Below, one piece after another: positions 13,765 through 28,800 of a stretch of 64,000 bases of DNA; position 1 is the stretch's first letter; each line of letters opens with the position of its first letter. Position numbers and translations under genes: made by a program. The stretch comes from Macrostomum lignano (lineage: Eukaryota): the NCBI GenBank assembly GCA_002269645.1, contig NIVC01000807.1, positions 186,001-250,000 on the forward strand, read 5' to 3'. The notes under the pieces are model-generated. The model made no database searches and was not told the origin of the DNA. It worked only from the letters and a program-made list of their open reading frames with translations.

Positions 13765-14765
13765 GTGACTGAGTTTCTTGTGGCTGAGTTTCTTGTGGCT
13801 GGGTTTCTTGTGGCTGGGTTTCTTGTGGCTGGGTTTCTTGTGGCTGGGTTTCTTGTGGCTGGGTTTCTTGTGGCTGGGTTTCTTGTGGCTGGGTTTCTTG
13901 TGGCTGGGTTTCTTGTGGCTGGGTTTCTTGTGGCTGGGTTTCTTGTGGCTGGGTTTCTTGTGGCTGGGTTTCTTGTGGCTGGGTTTCTTGTGGCTGGGTT
14001 TCTTGTGGCTGGGTTTCTTGTGGCTGGGTTTCTTGTGGCTGGGTTTCTTGTGGCTGGGTTTCTTGTGGCTGGGTTTCTTGTGGCTGGGTTTCTTGTGGCT
14101 GGGTTTCTTGTGGCTGGGTTTCTTGTGGCTGGGTTTCTTGTGGCTGGGTTTCTTGTGGCTGGGTTTCTTGTGGCTGCGTTTCTTGTGACTGGATTCCCCA
14201 TGGCTGGATTCCCCCTGGCTGGATTCCCCCCTGGTTGGATTCCTTCTGGCTGGATTCCCCTGGTTGGATTCCCCCTGGCTGGATTCCCCCTGGTTGGATT
14301 CCTTCTGGCTGGATTCCCCTGGTTGGATTCCTTCAGACTGGATTCCCCCTGGCTGGATTCCCCCTGGCTGGATTCCCCCTGGCTGGATTCCCCTGGCTGG
14401 ATTCCCCTGGCTGGATTCCCCCTGGCTGGATTCCCCCTGGCTGGATTCCCCCTGGCTGGATTCCCCCTGGCTGGATTCCCCCTGGCTGGATTCCCCCTGG
14501 CTGGATTCCCCCTGGCTGGATTCCCCCTGGCTGGATTCCCCCTGGCTGGATTCCCCCTGGCTGGATTCCCCCTGGCTGGATTCCCCCTGGCTGGATTCCC
14601 CCTGGCTGGATTCCCCCTGGCTGGATTCCCCCTGGTTGGATTCCTTCTGGCTGGATTCCCCCCTGGTTGGATTCCCCCTGGCTGGATTCCCCCTGGCTGG
14701 ATTCCCCCTGGCTGGATTCCGCCTGGTTGGATTCCTTCTGGCTGGATTCCCCTGGCTGGGTTTCT
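13765..14765. repeat. Fused arrays: 15-bp (gggtttcttgtggct)n then 14/15-bp (ggattccccctggct)n
   Basis: Switch at about 14190. Confidence 0.97.
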
Positions 14766-15281
14766 CTCAGCTGTAATTCTACAAGTTTTCATATCTGTTA
14801 GACACAATGGAGTAAACAAAGTTAAAGTGCACTGAAATTCGCAATTTAGTTCCGATCGTTGCTTAAAAATTAAAATCAACCTGACAGCAATCTGTCTTCT
14901 CCCTCCTTTCTCCATGTCCCTGTCCTATACAGCCAGGTGAGGCAGTGGAGCAGCAGTGGAAGTCAGTGAGGCTGGGATCACGCTAGACTGCTCACCTACA
15001 GAACTCCCCATTGTGCAGGTATTAGTTACAGTGAGCTGAGCTGCCGGCCTCCCCCCGCCTTGCGATTGCATTCACCAACAAATGGGGAGCAGCCATCCCC
15101 GTGCGGATGCGAGCGATATTTATTGTATATTGGCAGCTTTTATTGCCTTCCGACCCCTCAGTCAAGCTGTTCAGGTTTGGCTCTCCGGCTGGGAGTTCAT
15201 GTCTGTGCACTTCTTTTCTCGCTAAATAGATGCAGATATTATAGAATAAGTGTGACTGACTGCAAGCACTAACTATTTTCA

Positions 15282-15341
15282 GTCAGTCAGTCCTTCAATG
15301 AGTTAGTTTGTTAGTTACTTAGTTAGTTAACTAGTTAGTTG

Positions 15342-15379
<38 letters not shown>

Positions 15380-15380
15380 C

Positions 15381-15445
<65 letters not shown>

Positions 15446-15517
15446 GTTAGTTTGTTAGTTTGTTTGTTTGTTTGTTAGTTAGTTAGTCAGTTACTTAGTT
15501 AGTTAACTAGTTAGTTG

Positions 15518-15559
<42 letters not shown>

Positions 15560-15560
15560 C

Positions 15561-15623
<63 letters not shown>

Positions 15624-15624
15624 C

Positions 15625-15697
<73 letters not shown>

Positions 15698-15749
15698 GTT
15701 TGTTTGTTTGTTTGTTTGTTTGTTTGTTTGTTTGTTTGTTTGTTTGTTT

Positions 15750-15793
<44 letters not shown>

Positions 15794-15794
15794 T

Positions 15795-15848
<54 letters not shown>

Positions 15849-15849
15849 G

Positions 15850-15907
<58 letters not shown>

Positions 15908-15908
15908 C

Positions 15909-15980
<72 letters not shown>
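15282..15980. repeat. (TTAG)n with (TTTG)n patches
   Basis: Directly visible. Confidence 0.98.
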
Positions 15981-15981
<1 letters not shown>

Positions 15982-16529
15982 TCTCCACAGGTTTAAAAAT
16001 CTCAGCCGGACTGAGAGAGAGTTTGTCCAGCACAAACGCCTTCCCCCGCACGCTCTTCATCGCTCAGCCTCCCTGCCGCTCCTGTTTGTCTTTCCCTTCC
16101 GCACCGGAGTTTGGCGGCGAAAATCAAAAGTTTTAGCCAGGTGGTCTTACCCCCCCCCCCAGCTCTGAGAGCCTTAACTTGGGCAGTCCTTACGGCGATC
16201 TGTGAGAGATCGGAAGAGAAACATGTAGGTTGACCAAGTGCTCATAAATGATTGACTGCACTACCCCTGCCAGAGCTGCAATGGCCGTAAAGGGAATGAA
16301 TGAATGCAGACACATTGTGATAACTCATCGTCCCAATCATAGAAGTACTACAGACAGCTGAGATACTCTTATAAAAACGCTACACTCGGTTTTCTTCGAA
16401 AGCTGGAGACTGATAGAGAACGTATGTTGTTCGCATTGCTAGTGTATTTAGTGTGCTCTAGAGAATGCATAGCTCTGAATGAGGTTTTGTCATAGACAAA
16501 ATCGGTCGACAAAAATCTGATTTCTCAGT

Positions 16530-17000
16530 AGAGCTTTCGGGGGAATTGCTGAGATGTCAAGGCTTACTGGGGGAATTGCTGAGATGTTGAGGCTTACGGG
16601 GGGAATAGCTGAGATGTTGAGGCTTACGGGGGATTGCTGAGATGTCAAGGCTTACTGGGGGATTGCTGAGATGTCAAGGCTTACTGGGGGAATTGCTGAG
16701 ATGTCAAGGCTTACTGGGGAATCGCTGAGATGTCAAGGCTTACTGGGGGAATTGCTGAGATGTCAAGGCTTACTGGGGGAATCGCTGAGATGTCAAGGCT
16801 TACTGGGGGATTGCTGAGATGTCAAGGCTTACTGGGGGAATCGCTGAGATGACAAGGCTTACAGGGGGGAATCGCTGAGATGTCAAGGCTTACTGGGGGA
16901 ATCGCTGAGATGTCAAGGCTTACAGGGGGGAATCGCTGAGATTTCAAGGCTTACTGGGGGAATCGCTGAGATGTCGAGGCTTACGGGGAAATTGCTGAGA
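16530..17000. repeat. About 30-bp minisatellite (gggggaattgctgagatgtcaaggcttact)n
   Basis: About 15 units. Confidence 0.95.
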
Positions 17001-18960
17001 GATCAGAATATTTGTATTCCATTCTTTGTTGCCTCTCCAACGGGGGCGCTGATTGCTAGTCATTTCTAAGAAAATTGAGAGTAGCGTCCCTTCTGCTTCA
17101 GCTGTCCATGTGAAATACCTGAAATTGCTTTTCCTCAAGCAGACTCTGTCTGTAGTTGCACTCCCTATCCTATTTCCTTTCAAGTCTAAAAAGAACAATG
17201 CCAAGACAAAGACAACGCAGAATCATTTCCTTTGACAAATTCCGCATATGTTTGTCGAACGGACTTCATCAGCCAGTCAAATATCTCTGATCGATTTTTT
17301 TTTCAGTTTTTCCTAACCCACTGAGGATGTCATTAACGATTGATGGGGTTCCAAAGTGAAAAAAGTGGAATTCGGATAAAACACGGGCACAGAGAGTCTC
17401 GGGCCTAACAAGTGCTGCCGCAGATCAGCTCTGCGTGGACATCTGTGTAGTCTCTGTGCCAATATAGAAGGCAAAAATCTATATAGAGATAATGGTAGCA
17501 ACTGAGCTCTCAAACGACAAGGGCTGCTTGAGATGATGAAGATATCGCCAGCAAAGGACTGGAATGAGAAGCGCCACAAGGCGGAGCGGACAGATGAGAA
17601 CGAGCTGATAAGCCAACGCATTGAGAGCTGCAGCTATCGGTAAAAAAGAGAAAAAAAATTTCGATTAGCCTAATACAACTGAGTGACTTCTGATGGGGCT
17701 AGCCATGCAGATGAGTCCCCCGCCCCTGAGTTCCAACCTAATAAAAGGTATGTAATTAATTTAAACAAAGCTTAGGCCCCACTGCCCGATAAGAATTAGC
17801 ATTCTCTACCCTACAGGACGAAGCAGTAGTCTGTTTGTTTAAACGAAATCGTTAAAATCCTCTAACCAAGCAGTCTATGCAGAACTGTATATGCCGCCAT
17901 TGCATGCAATCAGCTGTACGAAAGCATTGCGCAACAGTAAAATCTTTCCAATGCGGAACAGGACAGCCCGAGGGTGGGACAGGCTTAGGAGAGGCATGAT
18001 GAGGCAGCGGAGAGTCTGCATCACGCCGAGGTCCCATCTGTCAGCTGCGCCCGGTCAGGGTTGGGGGTGTGCCCAGATTTTCATAGAAAAACTTTTTGAA
18101 AATCTGGCAGTGTCTGTCGGAGTCAGCTGTTCGGGGAGCTGCGGCCACTCCTGTGCGAGTTCGCTTCATTTTGGAAGCCAGCCGCGAATTCTTCTGTCGC
18201 GAATAACAAGACGCTTTGTGCTCTCCATGCGATAAATAGCTTAAATAGTTTACCCCTCGCTAGGAGCTGGCTGCAAAGGACAACGAAGAAAAGGTGACTT
18301 CGGGTTGAATTCTGGGTCGAATAGAACAGCTAGTTGGGAGCCTGGACTGCCTGATGAGGCTCGGGGAGAATCAGCCAGCGGATTTGGTGTTCCAATTTTT
18401 GACAAGAAATCAGCCTCCCGAATTTTACTGCCAGGATTTTTTCTGAATGCGAAAAATGCAAAATAAGCTGGGAGGCTCTGCGGCTGGATGGGGGTTGGGA
18501 GGGGGGAATCTGCAACACGCTCTGCTTCCGGAACAATTATCCCCCAGTTGTTGGGATAAAAAAGGGTGCTAACGACTTCGCTCGCACACGCAGAGAGAGG
18601 GATAGCAGGGAGCATGGAAATGGTCATTATTTTAATTTTGCAGACCAAATTTTCCGCGCTGTCTGCAGATTATGCAGATTACTCTCCAACGGAAGAAGCA
18701 CTTCAAAAAAAGAGCATTTATTACGACGAGACAGAGATTGAGCAGCTTGTGTGGCTCGAAATCGAGTCAGGAGCCATTGCTAATAAAATTGAAAATTGCA
18801 GGTCACAGTTAGTGGCTAGGCACCTGCTCTTCCAGTGCATTGGCTTGCTTGCGAAACTGCTCAAAGCAGCCTCAGATAATAATAAAATTGAGCTTCGTTT
18901 GTTGAATCCAACTCCAAAATCTCTCCCTCATCATTATTCCTTTTTGCAGCTGTCCAGCAA

Positions 18961-19827
18961 ATGCCTCTAAGCAGCTGGCGCGAGCTTCTGACCTTCGCGG
19001 TCGCCTTGACGACCGTCGCATCGCATTCCGGCGTGGCCGCTCTGTATGCCTTCGAGAAGGCGATCGAAATATCAGAGGAAAGTCAGCCGCAGGCGCTGGG
19101 CAATGTCGCTGCCCTTGGCAACCTGTCCCGGCACCTGACCTCCGCCGGCCCGCTGTCCTACGCCCTCGAGATGCACGACGCTTACGTGAGCGTCGACTCG
19201 TCCTCGGGCGAAATTCGCTTGAAGGCGTCCATCGATCTGGAGACGATCTGCCGGTCCACTGCGAAGTGCCCGCATGGCGGCCGGCACGCCTTCTCTGTGG
19301 TGGTCCGCGAGCTGCCACCGCCGACGCAGCCGCAGCTGCAGGGCCGGCGGTTGGCGCGCGGCAGGTTCACCTTGATCGTGCGCGACATCAACGACCACGC
19401 GCCGAGGTTTCAGTCAACCTACGAAGAGATCCAGCGGGACGAGTCCGTCTGCCTGGTGCCGGGGGTCGCCTGTCCGAACCCGCGGGTCGACCTGCCGATC
19501 GCCAAGGATGACGACTTCTCGCCGGAACTTAGCCGGGTGACGTACACCATCGACCCGGCCAGCGCCAGCCCGGAGACCCTGGAGACTTTTGAGTTGAATG
19601 TGGACGAGTATGGCAACCCCTATCTGCTGATGAAGAAGGGCCTGGACGCTGAGAGGCAGCAGAGCTACCAGTTCGACCTCGTGGCCCAGGACGGACACGG
19701 TCGGAAAGGCCGCATCACCGTCCGCGTGGTCATCAAGGATGTCAACGACAATAGTCCGGAGTTCGAGTCTAAACGCACGTCGGTTCGAGTGTCCGAGGAC
19801 AAGGCCAAAGGTTACGTGATTGCAAAA
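18961..19827 (+). CDS. Protocadherin coding exon 1 (signal peptide, EC1-EC2, start of EC3)
   Basis: Acceptor tttttgcag at 18949, ATG at 18961, donor AAA|gtgagt. Confidence 0.93.
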
Positions 19828-22800
19828 GTGAGTCAGAGGCGCTAAAACTTCTGGAGAAACATTTTGCTCCTTCATCATTTTTTGGGTCGCACAGCAGATA
19901 AGACGGCTGGTTTTGACAACCGGTTGAAAATTCCGGTCATTTTCGTTTGAATGTTTCTTTAGTTTTATTTACTCGGGTAGATGAATCGGTGAAAAAGGAA
20001 ACACGGAATGGAAGAGAGGCAGAATTCAGGCAACGGAGAGAGGGAGCCGAAGTAATTCATTCAGAGATTTGTGCAAGAAACTTTATGGGCTCGAGAGAGT
20101 GAAGGGCGCCATCTCTCAAGTCTCAGAGGGCAGAGTCGGAAGGATCAGCGGGAGGGTCAGCGAGGCTGGCTGGTGCTGCTGGTAGCTTCTGTCGGCAAGT
20201 CAAGGAAGGATGTGAGCAGAGCAGGCCAGGCGAGTCCTGTGCTGTCCTCTGCTTCTTCAGGAGGTCCCGGGTTGGAGCAGCTGTGACTCACTTGCAGAGC
20301 CGGCGCCAGCAGCCAGCGAATGCATGATTAATAAGCCAACCCCGCCGACCAAAAAACACCAACGGACTGGGGGGGGGGGGGCTGCGTTGGCTGCCGGGTG
20401 CTGCAGTCAGCCCAAATCATACAGGCATATCCCAAAGCCAGGGGGGCTTATCTTGGCCGCTAATCACCCCCAGCCTCCACACTGCTCATTAGTCTGATGG
20501 GGCACAGGGAGAGGCTGAGAAGATGATGGCGTCTTATAAGTTACAATATGCCAAATAATGAATTGCTATTCCCGCGTACTGCATTGAAATCTATCGCTTG
20601 GCTGCCCGACAACTGCCAGTGGCTTGGCTCGTGCTTTTTACTTAATTATTTCTAGTCCTATAGCAGTGTATGCATGCAATTCCGTAATAGAGTCTTAGCT
20701 AAGCACTCTTACTGGACCGGGTTTTTGTTTAACCTTTTCTCGAGCTCACTCTGCTGCGAGTCCCAAGTCTCCGCGTCCGTCTGCAGCTCTCTTCCTCTCT
20801 CTCTCTCTCTCGTTAGCCTCAGCTCAAGAGAGCGCACCTCTTGAGCAGTGTTGTGCCCACCACTGCGCACCCAAAGTGTTCACACATTCACACAGCCGGT
20901 AGTTCAAACGACACACACACACGCACACACTTTCAACTTGTGGCGGCAAGGCGGCGAGCTGATCACCCAACTCCTCCCAGACACACAAAATTTTGCTTTG
21001 CGCACTCAAAGGTCCACTTCTCTCTCTCTCTCGCTTTCACTCAGCTGGTGAGGTGCTTGTCGCAGTGCCGCCGCACCCACCCGCCTCCAATCCTATTTGA
21101 TCCTATTTCCCAGTGTAGCTGCGGTTATCCCCTACTTTTGCCACCTCCCCTTGTCCGCCCACTTCATCCAAGTGGCCGCCTCGGCCGTGCAGCCTCCCTC
21201 TCTCTCTCTCACCCAGCTACTAATGGGATAAACGGCTGAGCATTGGAGAGCCTTGAGCAAAGCTTTCTGTGCCCCTCCCCTCTCTCTCTTTCCCGTCTTC
21301 AAGTGCGGCAAGTGTGAAATCTCCCATCTAGGCATGCGAGTTCCCATGGCCCATAAGGGAATAAAAGGCAGTACTTGGTACGCATCTTTAGGCAACAATA
21401 GATGCAATGAAAGTTACAATGAATCTGGCTATGTTAAACATTTTACAAATGTCATTTATTGTTAGCCAAGTCCTGAGATGCAATTCAGGAGCTGACGCTG
21501 CGGGCAGCCGCACAATGGAACCCAGCGGAAGCGCTACTCCATAATACTATGATTTCTTTTGTTGAGATGAACTCATCAGCATCCGTGAGAGGGTCATGCA
21601 GTGATTGCAGCGCTTGAAAGTGAGCACGGAGCCAGGATGATCTTAACTGCTTTTTTAAGAAAGAAAATTGCAGAAAATTGCGGAAGCGGCAGCTGGAGAA
21701 CGGCTGTCTTGGCATCGCCAAGACTCTCCTAACTTAGCAACCAGCTACCGATCCAAAAGGCTTTGCAAAATCGACATGGAAAGAGAAAAGAGATTTCCAC
21801 TCTCTCTCTGCTCGCAGGTTCGAAGCCCGACGCGAGTAGCTCGTAAAAAAGCCCCCCCCCCCTCCCTATTCACGACCAGCACATCTGATTTGGGCATAAT
21901 GGGCCCGGCCCAGGGGGCAGAAGCGGAGAACAAGCCCAAAGAGATTACTACTAGAGGCGGGCCGGAGGGTTAATCAGAGAGCCTCCACCCGCCCCCCTGA
22001 GGGGACGCCTGTTGACCCCTCCCAATGATGAGGCGCTCATAGCAGTTTGTGAACAAGACTCAATGGTGATTAAACCGATCGAATCGCCGCATTGCTAACG
22101 AGTGCAGAGCGGCGGGGAGTAGTTTTAAAGTACTGAATATTTTCCAGTTTCATTTCTGTGCGCTCTCTGTGAGCAGCTGGGGACAAGCAAAACTCCGTGA
22201 CAGCCGGTGCGCCACCCTCCCGATGAAGATAAACCCAGAAGGAGACGCTCTTGAGTTCGCTATAAAACCGACTAAAGCCAATGAGTGTGATCGACTGGGG
22301 CCTCGAATTCCTAAGGATTTTTTCCCTCAAAGTTCGGCCACTTTTATTACCGGCTTTCCCCTTTCGAGTTCATCAGAAATGCGACCGTCTTTTCCCATAA
22401 AGCCGATGAATTCCCGACTGTGAGTCCCGTTGGGGATAAAAGCCGCGCGGAGGGCCGGTGGGGCGCCCGCCCGCTCACTTCTCTGTGATTATTTCAGACC
22501 AGGAAAGATGGAGAAAAGACAAAATATCTAGCAAAGAAATGCCTTTTTTAACTTCAGTTTTCAACCCGACACCCGACTGACTGACTGGCACTACATTGGA
22601 GGAGGGAGCGGGCCAAGCTTCGCTTGAAAGATCGAAAAAATGAGGATCATTTAAAAAAACTGCTTTCTTCGTACTTTTTCTCGCTTAAAAACCACCCAAA
22701 GTTCGACATCATCATTTTCAGCCCCCGGCAACCATTGCCCCCCCTCCGTGTTTTCATCGCTTAGCCGCTCACCTGTGGCTTCGCAGGCTGTCAATAACAG

Positions 22801-25800
22801 AGGGACTCCCTGACAGGCAGTGAGGAGCGCGGTGGGCACAGCGGGTTCAAATTTAATAGTCGCACTGTACGGGATTTGCAGTGGCTTGAAATTATTTTTT
22901 ATCACCATCTTCTTTGCGTTCTAGCAGTCCCGGATCCTGAGGTCCCGATTCTAGCAGTCCTGGATCCTGAGATCCCGATTCTAGCAATCCCGGATCCTGA
23001 GGTCCCGATTGTAACAGTCCCGGATCCTGAGATCCCGATTCTAGCAATCCCGGATCCTGAGGTCCCGATTCTAGCAATCCCGGATCCTGAGGTCCCGATT
23101 CTAGCAATCCTGGATCCTGAGGTCCCGATTCTAGCAGTCCTGGATCCTGAGGTCCCGATTGTAGCAATCCTGGATCCTGAGGTCTCGATTGTAGCAATCC
23201 TGGATCCTGAGGTCCCGATTGTAGCAGTCCTGGATCCTGAGGTCCCGATTGCAGCAATCCTGGATCCTGAGGTCCCGATTGTAGCAATCCTGGATCCTGA
23301 GGTCCCGATTGTAGCAATCCTGGATCCTGAGGTCCCGATTCTAGCAATCCCGGATCCTGAGGTCCCGATTCTAGCAATCCCGGATCCTGAGGTCCCGATT
23401 GTAGCAGTCCTGGATCCTGAGGTCTCGAATCTAGCAATCCTGGATCCTGAGGTCTCGATTCTAGCAATCCCGGATCCTGAGGTCCCGATTGTAGCAGTCC
23501 TGGATCCTGAGGTCCCGATTCTAGCAATCTCGGATCCTGAGGTCCCTATTGTAGCAATCCTGGATCCTGAGGTCCCGATTGTAGCAATCCCGGATCCTGA
23601 GGTCCCGATTGTAGCAATCCTGGATCCTGAGGTCTCGATTGTAGCAATCCTGGATCCTGAGATCCCGATTGTAGCAATCCCGGATCCTGAGATCCCGATT
23701 GTAGCAATCCTGGATCCTGAGATCCCGATTCTAGCAATCCCGGATCCTGAGGTCCAAAACCCAAAATCTACTTGGATTAAAAAGTGCAAGGTTGGCTCAC
23801 GAAAATGCAAGTTGCAAACTAAAAAACAGACGGTACCGTACTGGCGTGCGAGAAAGTGTCAAACAAGTGGCAGTCTAGCCGGGGGCATTATGCTTGAATA
23901 TTGGAAAATGCGGAGTTACTGTTAAAGGTTGGGGCAGAGTCGCCACTGCAGTACTGGGATATTGACTGTCTGTCAGCCCCTACGTCTAGTCTACCTGACT
24001 TCATTTGCTCAGTTGCTCCCAATCTGGAGGCCAATATTGCACCTCCCGCCCACCTTTACATATTGACTTGATTTTATAAGAGTCACGGGCAAAAACCCAG
24101 GGGAAAAAGATAATTTGGACTGCCAGTCATTGAACGCCCGTCGACAGCTTACTGTAAAACCTGTTGACACAGTTATTGCGCAACAGATTTGGAGGGCCGG
24201 ACAAACTGGAGATCCAATTTAAGGAAGTGTCACGGAAAGACGATACCTACCTGTCTCTCCCCACCCACCAGCAGAGGTAATTTGCGATCCCAAACTAGCA
24301 AAGAGGAAATGAGGGCAGTGCAGCTCAGGGATCTGTTGATAGCAAGCCCAGTCTGACCCTCCAGCTCCTCAGCATTCGGTTTCGGCTCCCGGTTGGGAAG
24401 TTTAATCACGTTTGTTAATTTGCCTGAGAGTTGCCTGAGGCCTAAATGATGGAGAGAAAATGACTCTGGCCATATATCCCCCCACACACTCGTCAGAGTT
24501 CAGAGGAAATGGAGTCTGATTGGGGATTTGATCTGCCACCTCTCACAGCCTTCTTGGGGCTGCTCACCAGGGTCTAGACTCTCTCCGATACAGCCCGGGT
24601 CCCCATTGAGACTGGAAAGGGGGATGAGGCGGGGGAAGACTTCCCAAATTTGTCCCGTCTTTTTGCATTCGCCAGCCACCTCGCCAGCGCACGCCAGCTA
24701 CCCCGCGGTCCCCTGGGAGGCGCAACCGAGACCGTGGCCAGGGTGCGGAGAAGATAATTAAGACCGCTAAATTCTCCGCCCCTCGGTGTAGAAGCCGTTG
24801 AAATTTTATTTTTTCTCTTCAGAGACAGCTTCATCGCGACCGGCATGCAGATTTTTTGTGTATTTTAATTCCCCCCCGGCTTGGCTTGGCCGGCCCGAGT
24901 ACGGATTCACTCCCGGCCGATGCGGTCCCGGAATTCCAGCTCTTGGCGTGCGTGCAAGACTGGGACTGGGCGCAAATCAAATCGACTCCTCATATGGAGG
25001 AAGACAATTTGAAACGCAGTGAGACAGGGAGGCGCGGGGGCAAGCGTAGGGAAAGGAATAGACGAAATAAAAAATGAAGTGAGAAATGCCTGTTGCAGCG
25101 TATGTGAGGCGACTCCGCTCATGAGAGCCGGGTCGTTGCGTAATCGCCACATAGGGCCAGCTGGCTAGCGAGTCGCGCGCGAAGCCCCAGTACGGCTCGT
25201 GTAGTAGTAAATAAAACGGAGGCTGCTTTTTTGAGAGCCGACCCTCCGCTGGGAGGTGTCGAGTGCTAACAAACTCGATAGAACAGACAGACGGACGGCA
25301 GCATCCTGAATGCAAATGAGAGCGCGACAGTCTGCGTGACGCATCGTCGAGATGCAGTATCCGTGTCTCTCCAGAGTAGCGTCCCAGTCGCATGATAGCC
25401 ACAAATCGTGCATTCTTCCCAGTTCTCCCGAGGGAATTCGACAAGACTGGACAATTTCTGATCAGTTTAGTCACAGAGCTCAACTAGCCAGTGGAAAGAA
25501 TTCGATAAATGAGTAACGATGTTCAGCTATAAATCTTTTAATCACTAAATGTAATCAATTCGAGCTGTGCTATGCAGTTAAATGCGATTTTTTACTGATC
25601 GTATTCAATCTTAAAGGCACATCCATCATCAATATGATCCAGTTTTGTTACCATTTGTGGATTTTTGCCAACTTAAATCACTCCAATCCCCCCGCCACCA
25701 TTGCAGCTGAAAGCCAGGGACAAAGACCTGATCCACGAGCTCGAGTACTCCATCGACGCCAGCTCGCCCGAGGAGTCGCGTCGCCACTTTGACATTCTAT

Positions 25801-28800
25801 CGGATGGCAGCCTGTCAATCAAGGAGCCGCTAGACTACGAGACCCAGGCCGTTTTCTTTATGCAGGTGAAAGTGTCCGACGGCCGCTTCGAGGACAAGAC
25901 CGTCGTAGAGGTGAACGTTGAGGACGCCAACGACAACGCGCCAGAGTACGAGGAGAGCGGTCAGCTGCAGATTCAGGAGGGACGCGAAGCCGGAGAGAGG
26001 ATCGGCTCCGTACGCGTCTTCGACCGGGACTCCGGGACGAGCGGCGAGGTAGAATGCGAGACTCGATCGCAGCACAACAACCGGCTCCTTAGCGTCAAGT
26101 TTGCCCAGCTCGACTCGCCAAACATGTTCTCCATCCACTCGACCAAGACGTTCGATAGGGAGCGCGACTCGGTTGTCACAGGCACGCTGGTGTGTTGGGA
26201 CCGCGGGCAGCCCAGCCTCACCAGCACCTACACCGCTCGAGTTGCTATATTGGACAAGAATGACAACGCGCCACGATTCCTGGGCAAGGACGCTTCCGGA
26301 ATCATCGAGGCCCAGCTGATGGAGAACAACCGGCCAGGTGCCATCGTCACCACCTTGAAAGCCGAAGACGCCGACGAGGGAGAGAATGCTCGGCTAGCCT
26401 ACCGCCTGGTTGGCAACGGAGATGAGGAATTCTTCGACATCGACAGCGTCACCGGCGAAGTCTCAGCTAGACGAAGCTTCGACCGGGAGAGGAAAGACTC
26501 TTACCGGCTTCAGCTTGAGGTGTCGGACGCCGGCCAGCCGGCCCTCACCGGCACGGCGCAGCTTCGAGTGAGCATCACCGATGAGAACGACAATTCGCCG
26601 CAGTTCAAGGGCGTCACCGCATTCCAGGTGACGGAGAACACCGCGCCGCCAGTTCTGCTGGGAGTTATGACTGCTTCGGATGCTGATGTTGGTAAGCGAG
26701 ACTGGCGGTGCTTCTATTTGATGCCTTGATTTAAAGTAAAGTAAGATAGAACATACAAGCGCGCCAATACTGTACGCAGGCACGCACTCATACACACGCT
26801 CACACAGGGTGAATGGAGACCCTGACTTTCTAACTGACAGACATGTACCCTCTCTGTGCCTTGGGGGTTGGTTGGCCCTATTGACCTATTGGATGTGAAT
26901 CGCACGACAGCTCCACTAGGTCAATTAAGGTCAATCGTGCACAAGCCCCGAATTAATGCGCCTGCGCATGGAATCAAAGCGTGAGATGGTGGCTCGTTGT
27001 GGTCCGAGATTCAGACGTGTTTACGGCTGAAGCCGCTCTGCTTACAGTTTATATTTAGTTTTTGATTGATTCTCGAGTTCTCTGTCCCAGTTTACTGAAG
27101 TTTATAGCAGTTTCACTGCTTACTCGTATGAATATTACTTGTGTTACTTACGTCTACCCTCCAACGAACAACGTCCAGGCTTGAACGGCCAGGTGTTTTT
27201 CACGCAGCTGTCGCACGCCCACATGGACCGATTCCGCGTTGACATGAATGGCAGTCTGGTAGTCACAGCCAAGCTGGACCGCGAGGACATTAGCGAGTAC
27301 AGCATCCCGGTGCGCGTGTCCGACAGAGCGGCGGCGCCGCACTCCAAGTCCACCGACCAACTCGTCCTGGTCCGCGTACTGGACGTCAACGACGAGACAC
27401 CGCGAATCATACAGCCAGCAAGCGGCGGCAACTCGACAGGTGGAAACGGCGCGGTTGTCACCATCAGCATCTACACGCACCATCCGGGCGCTTTGGTGCA
27501 GAAGGTTCACGCGGTTGACGGAGACGAAGGCGTCAACGGGCAGATTTCGTACAGCCTCACACAGGACCGCGGCTCGAAGTTTAGCATCGACGCGAATACC
27601 GGGGAGATCAAAGTTGCCAGAGCGCTGGATGTGTCTGACATGACTCGACACAAGCTGATGGTGCAGGCCTCCGACCGGGACCCTGTGCACCCGCGCTCCG
27701 ACGCCAAGGTAAATTGCGACTGCCCCATTCTGAAGCTGCTGTCCCATTCTGAAGCTGCTGTCCCATTCTGAAGCTGCTGTCCCATTCTGAAGCTGCTGTC
27801 CCATTCTGAAGCTGCTGTCCCATTCTGAAGCTGCTGTCCCATTCCGAAGCTGCTGTCCCATTCCGAAGCTGCTGTCCCATTCTGAAGCTGCTGTCTCATT
27901 CTGAAGCTGCTGTCCCATTCTGAAGCTGCTGTCCCATTCTGAAGCTGCTGTCCCATTCTGAAGCTGCTGTCCCATTCTGAAGCTGCTGTCCCATTCTGAA
28001 GCTGCTGTCCCATTCTGAAGCTGCTGTCCCATTCTGAAGCTGCTGTCCCATTCTGAAGCTGCTGTCCCATTCTGAAGCTTTTATCTAATGAGACTGCCTA
28101 TTTTCATGTTAAAATTGTTATAAAGTTACTTTGTTGATTCGCCATTTTCAATATGGCGAATTTTATTTGGACGGCGCAAAATGTTCAAATCACGTGACTT
28201 CAGCTACTCGCATCCAGCTGAATCATATGTCTATCTGCCAGCACTCAACCCTGGGAGAAGAAAGAGGGAGAGTCAGTAGGGGGAGGGGGCGGGCCACTCA
28301 AGCTCTGATTTATTGACTTTTTTGAGAGGTCTCAACTTCTATTTGCGCCATAGCCCATACTGGATATAAAAGCGGCGGGGTAGCGGCTTCGCTGGTGTTT
28401 GACAGTGGCATATTTGCTCTCTAACTCGCACTCTGCTGAGCCATGCGCCCAAGCCATTCTAGCGCCACTAACTTTAACGCCCAGAATCTGTGCGACACCC
28501 TGGCTTAGATATTAAATATTATACGAGATAATAAAATTGCAGATGGGAAACACCGATGGAGGAAGTCGCACCTTTATTTGTCTCTTTCGGGCCTATATAG
28601 CTGTGTGTCGGATAGAAAATCATTAATCCAAAATTAACTTCGGGAGTGGATTACGTAATCCAGGCTTTGACTACGGACTCGTGGCGACGGTCAGAGAAGT
28701 TTCTGCCCGGGGCCTGGCTAAGCGGAAATGAAAAAAAGCTTATGCCATTGTCTCTCGCGACAATGGGCTGCTAAATGACTTGCTGAGGGTGAACTGTGCA

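Noticed and set aside
13678-14915. 385-399 aa ORFs (VAGFL, NPATR, WIPPG repeats)
   Set aside because: 15-bp minisatellite, open in multiple frames on both strands.
22876-23925. 349-aa ORF with DPEVPI repeats superficially like a cadherin/Ca-binding motif
   Set aside because: 30-bp intronic minisatellite; protocadherin exons 1 and 2 join seamlessly without it.
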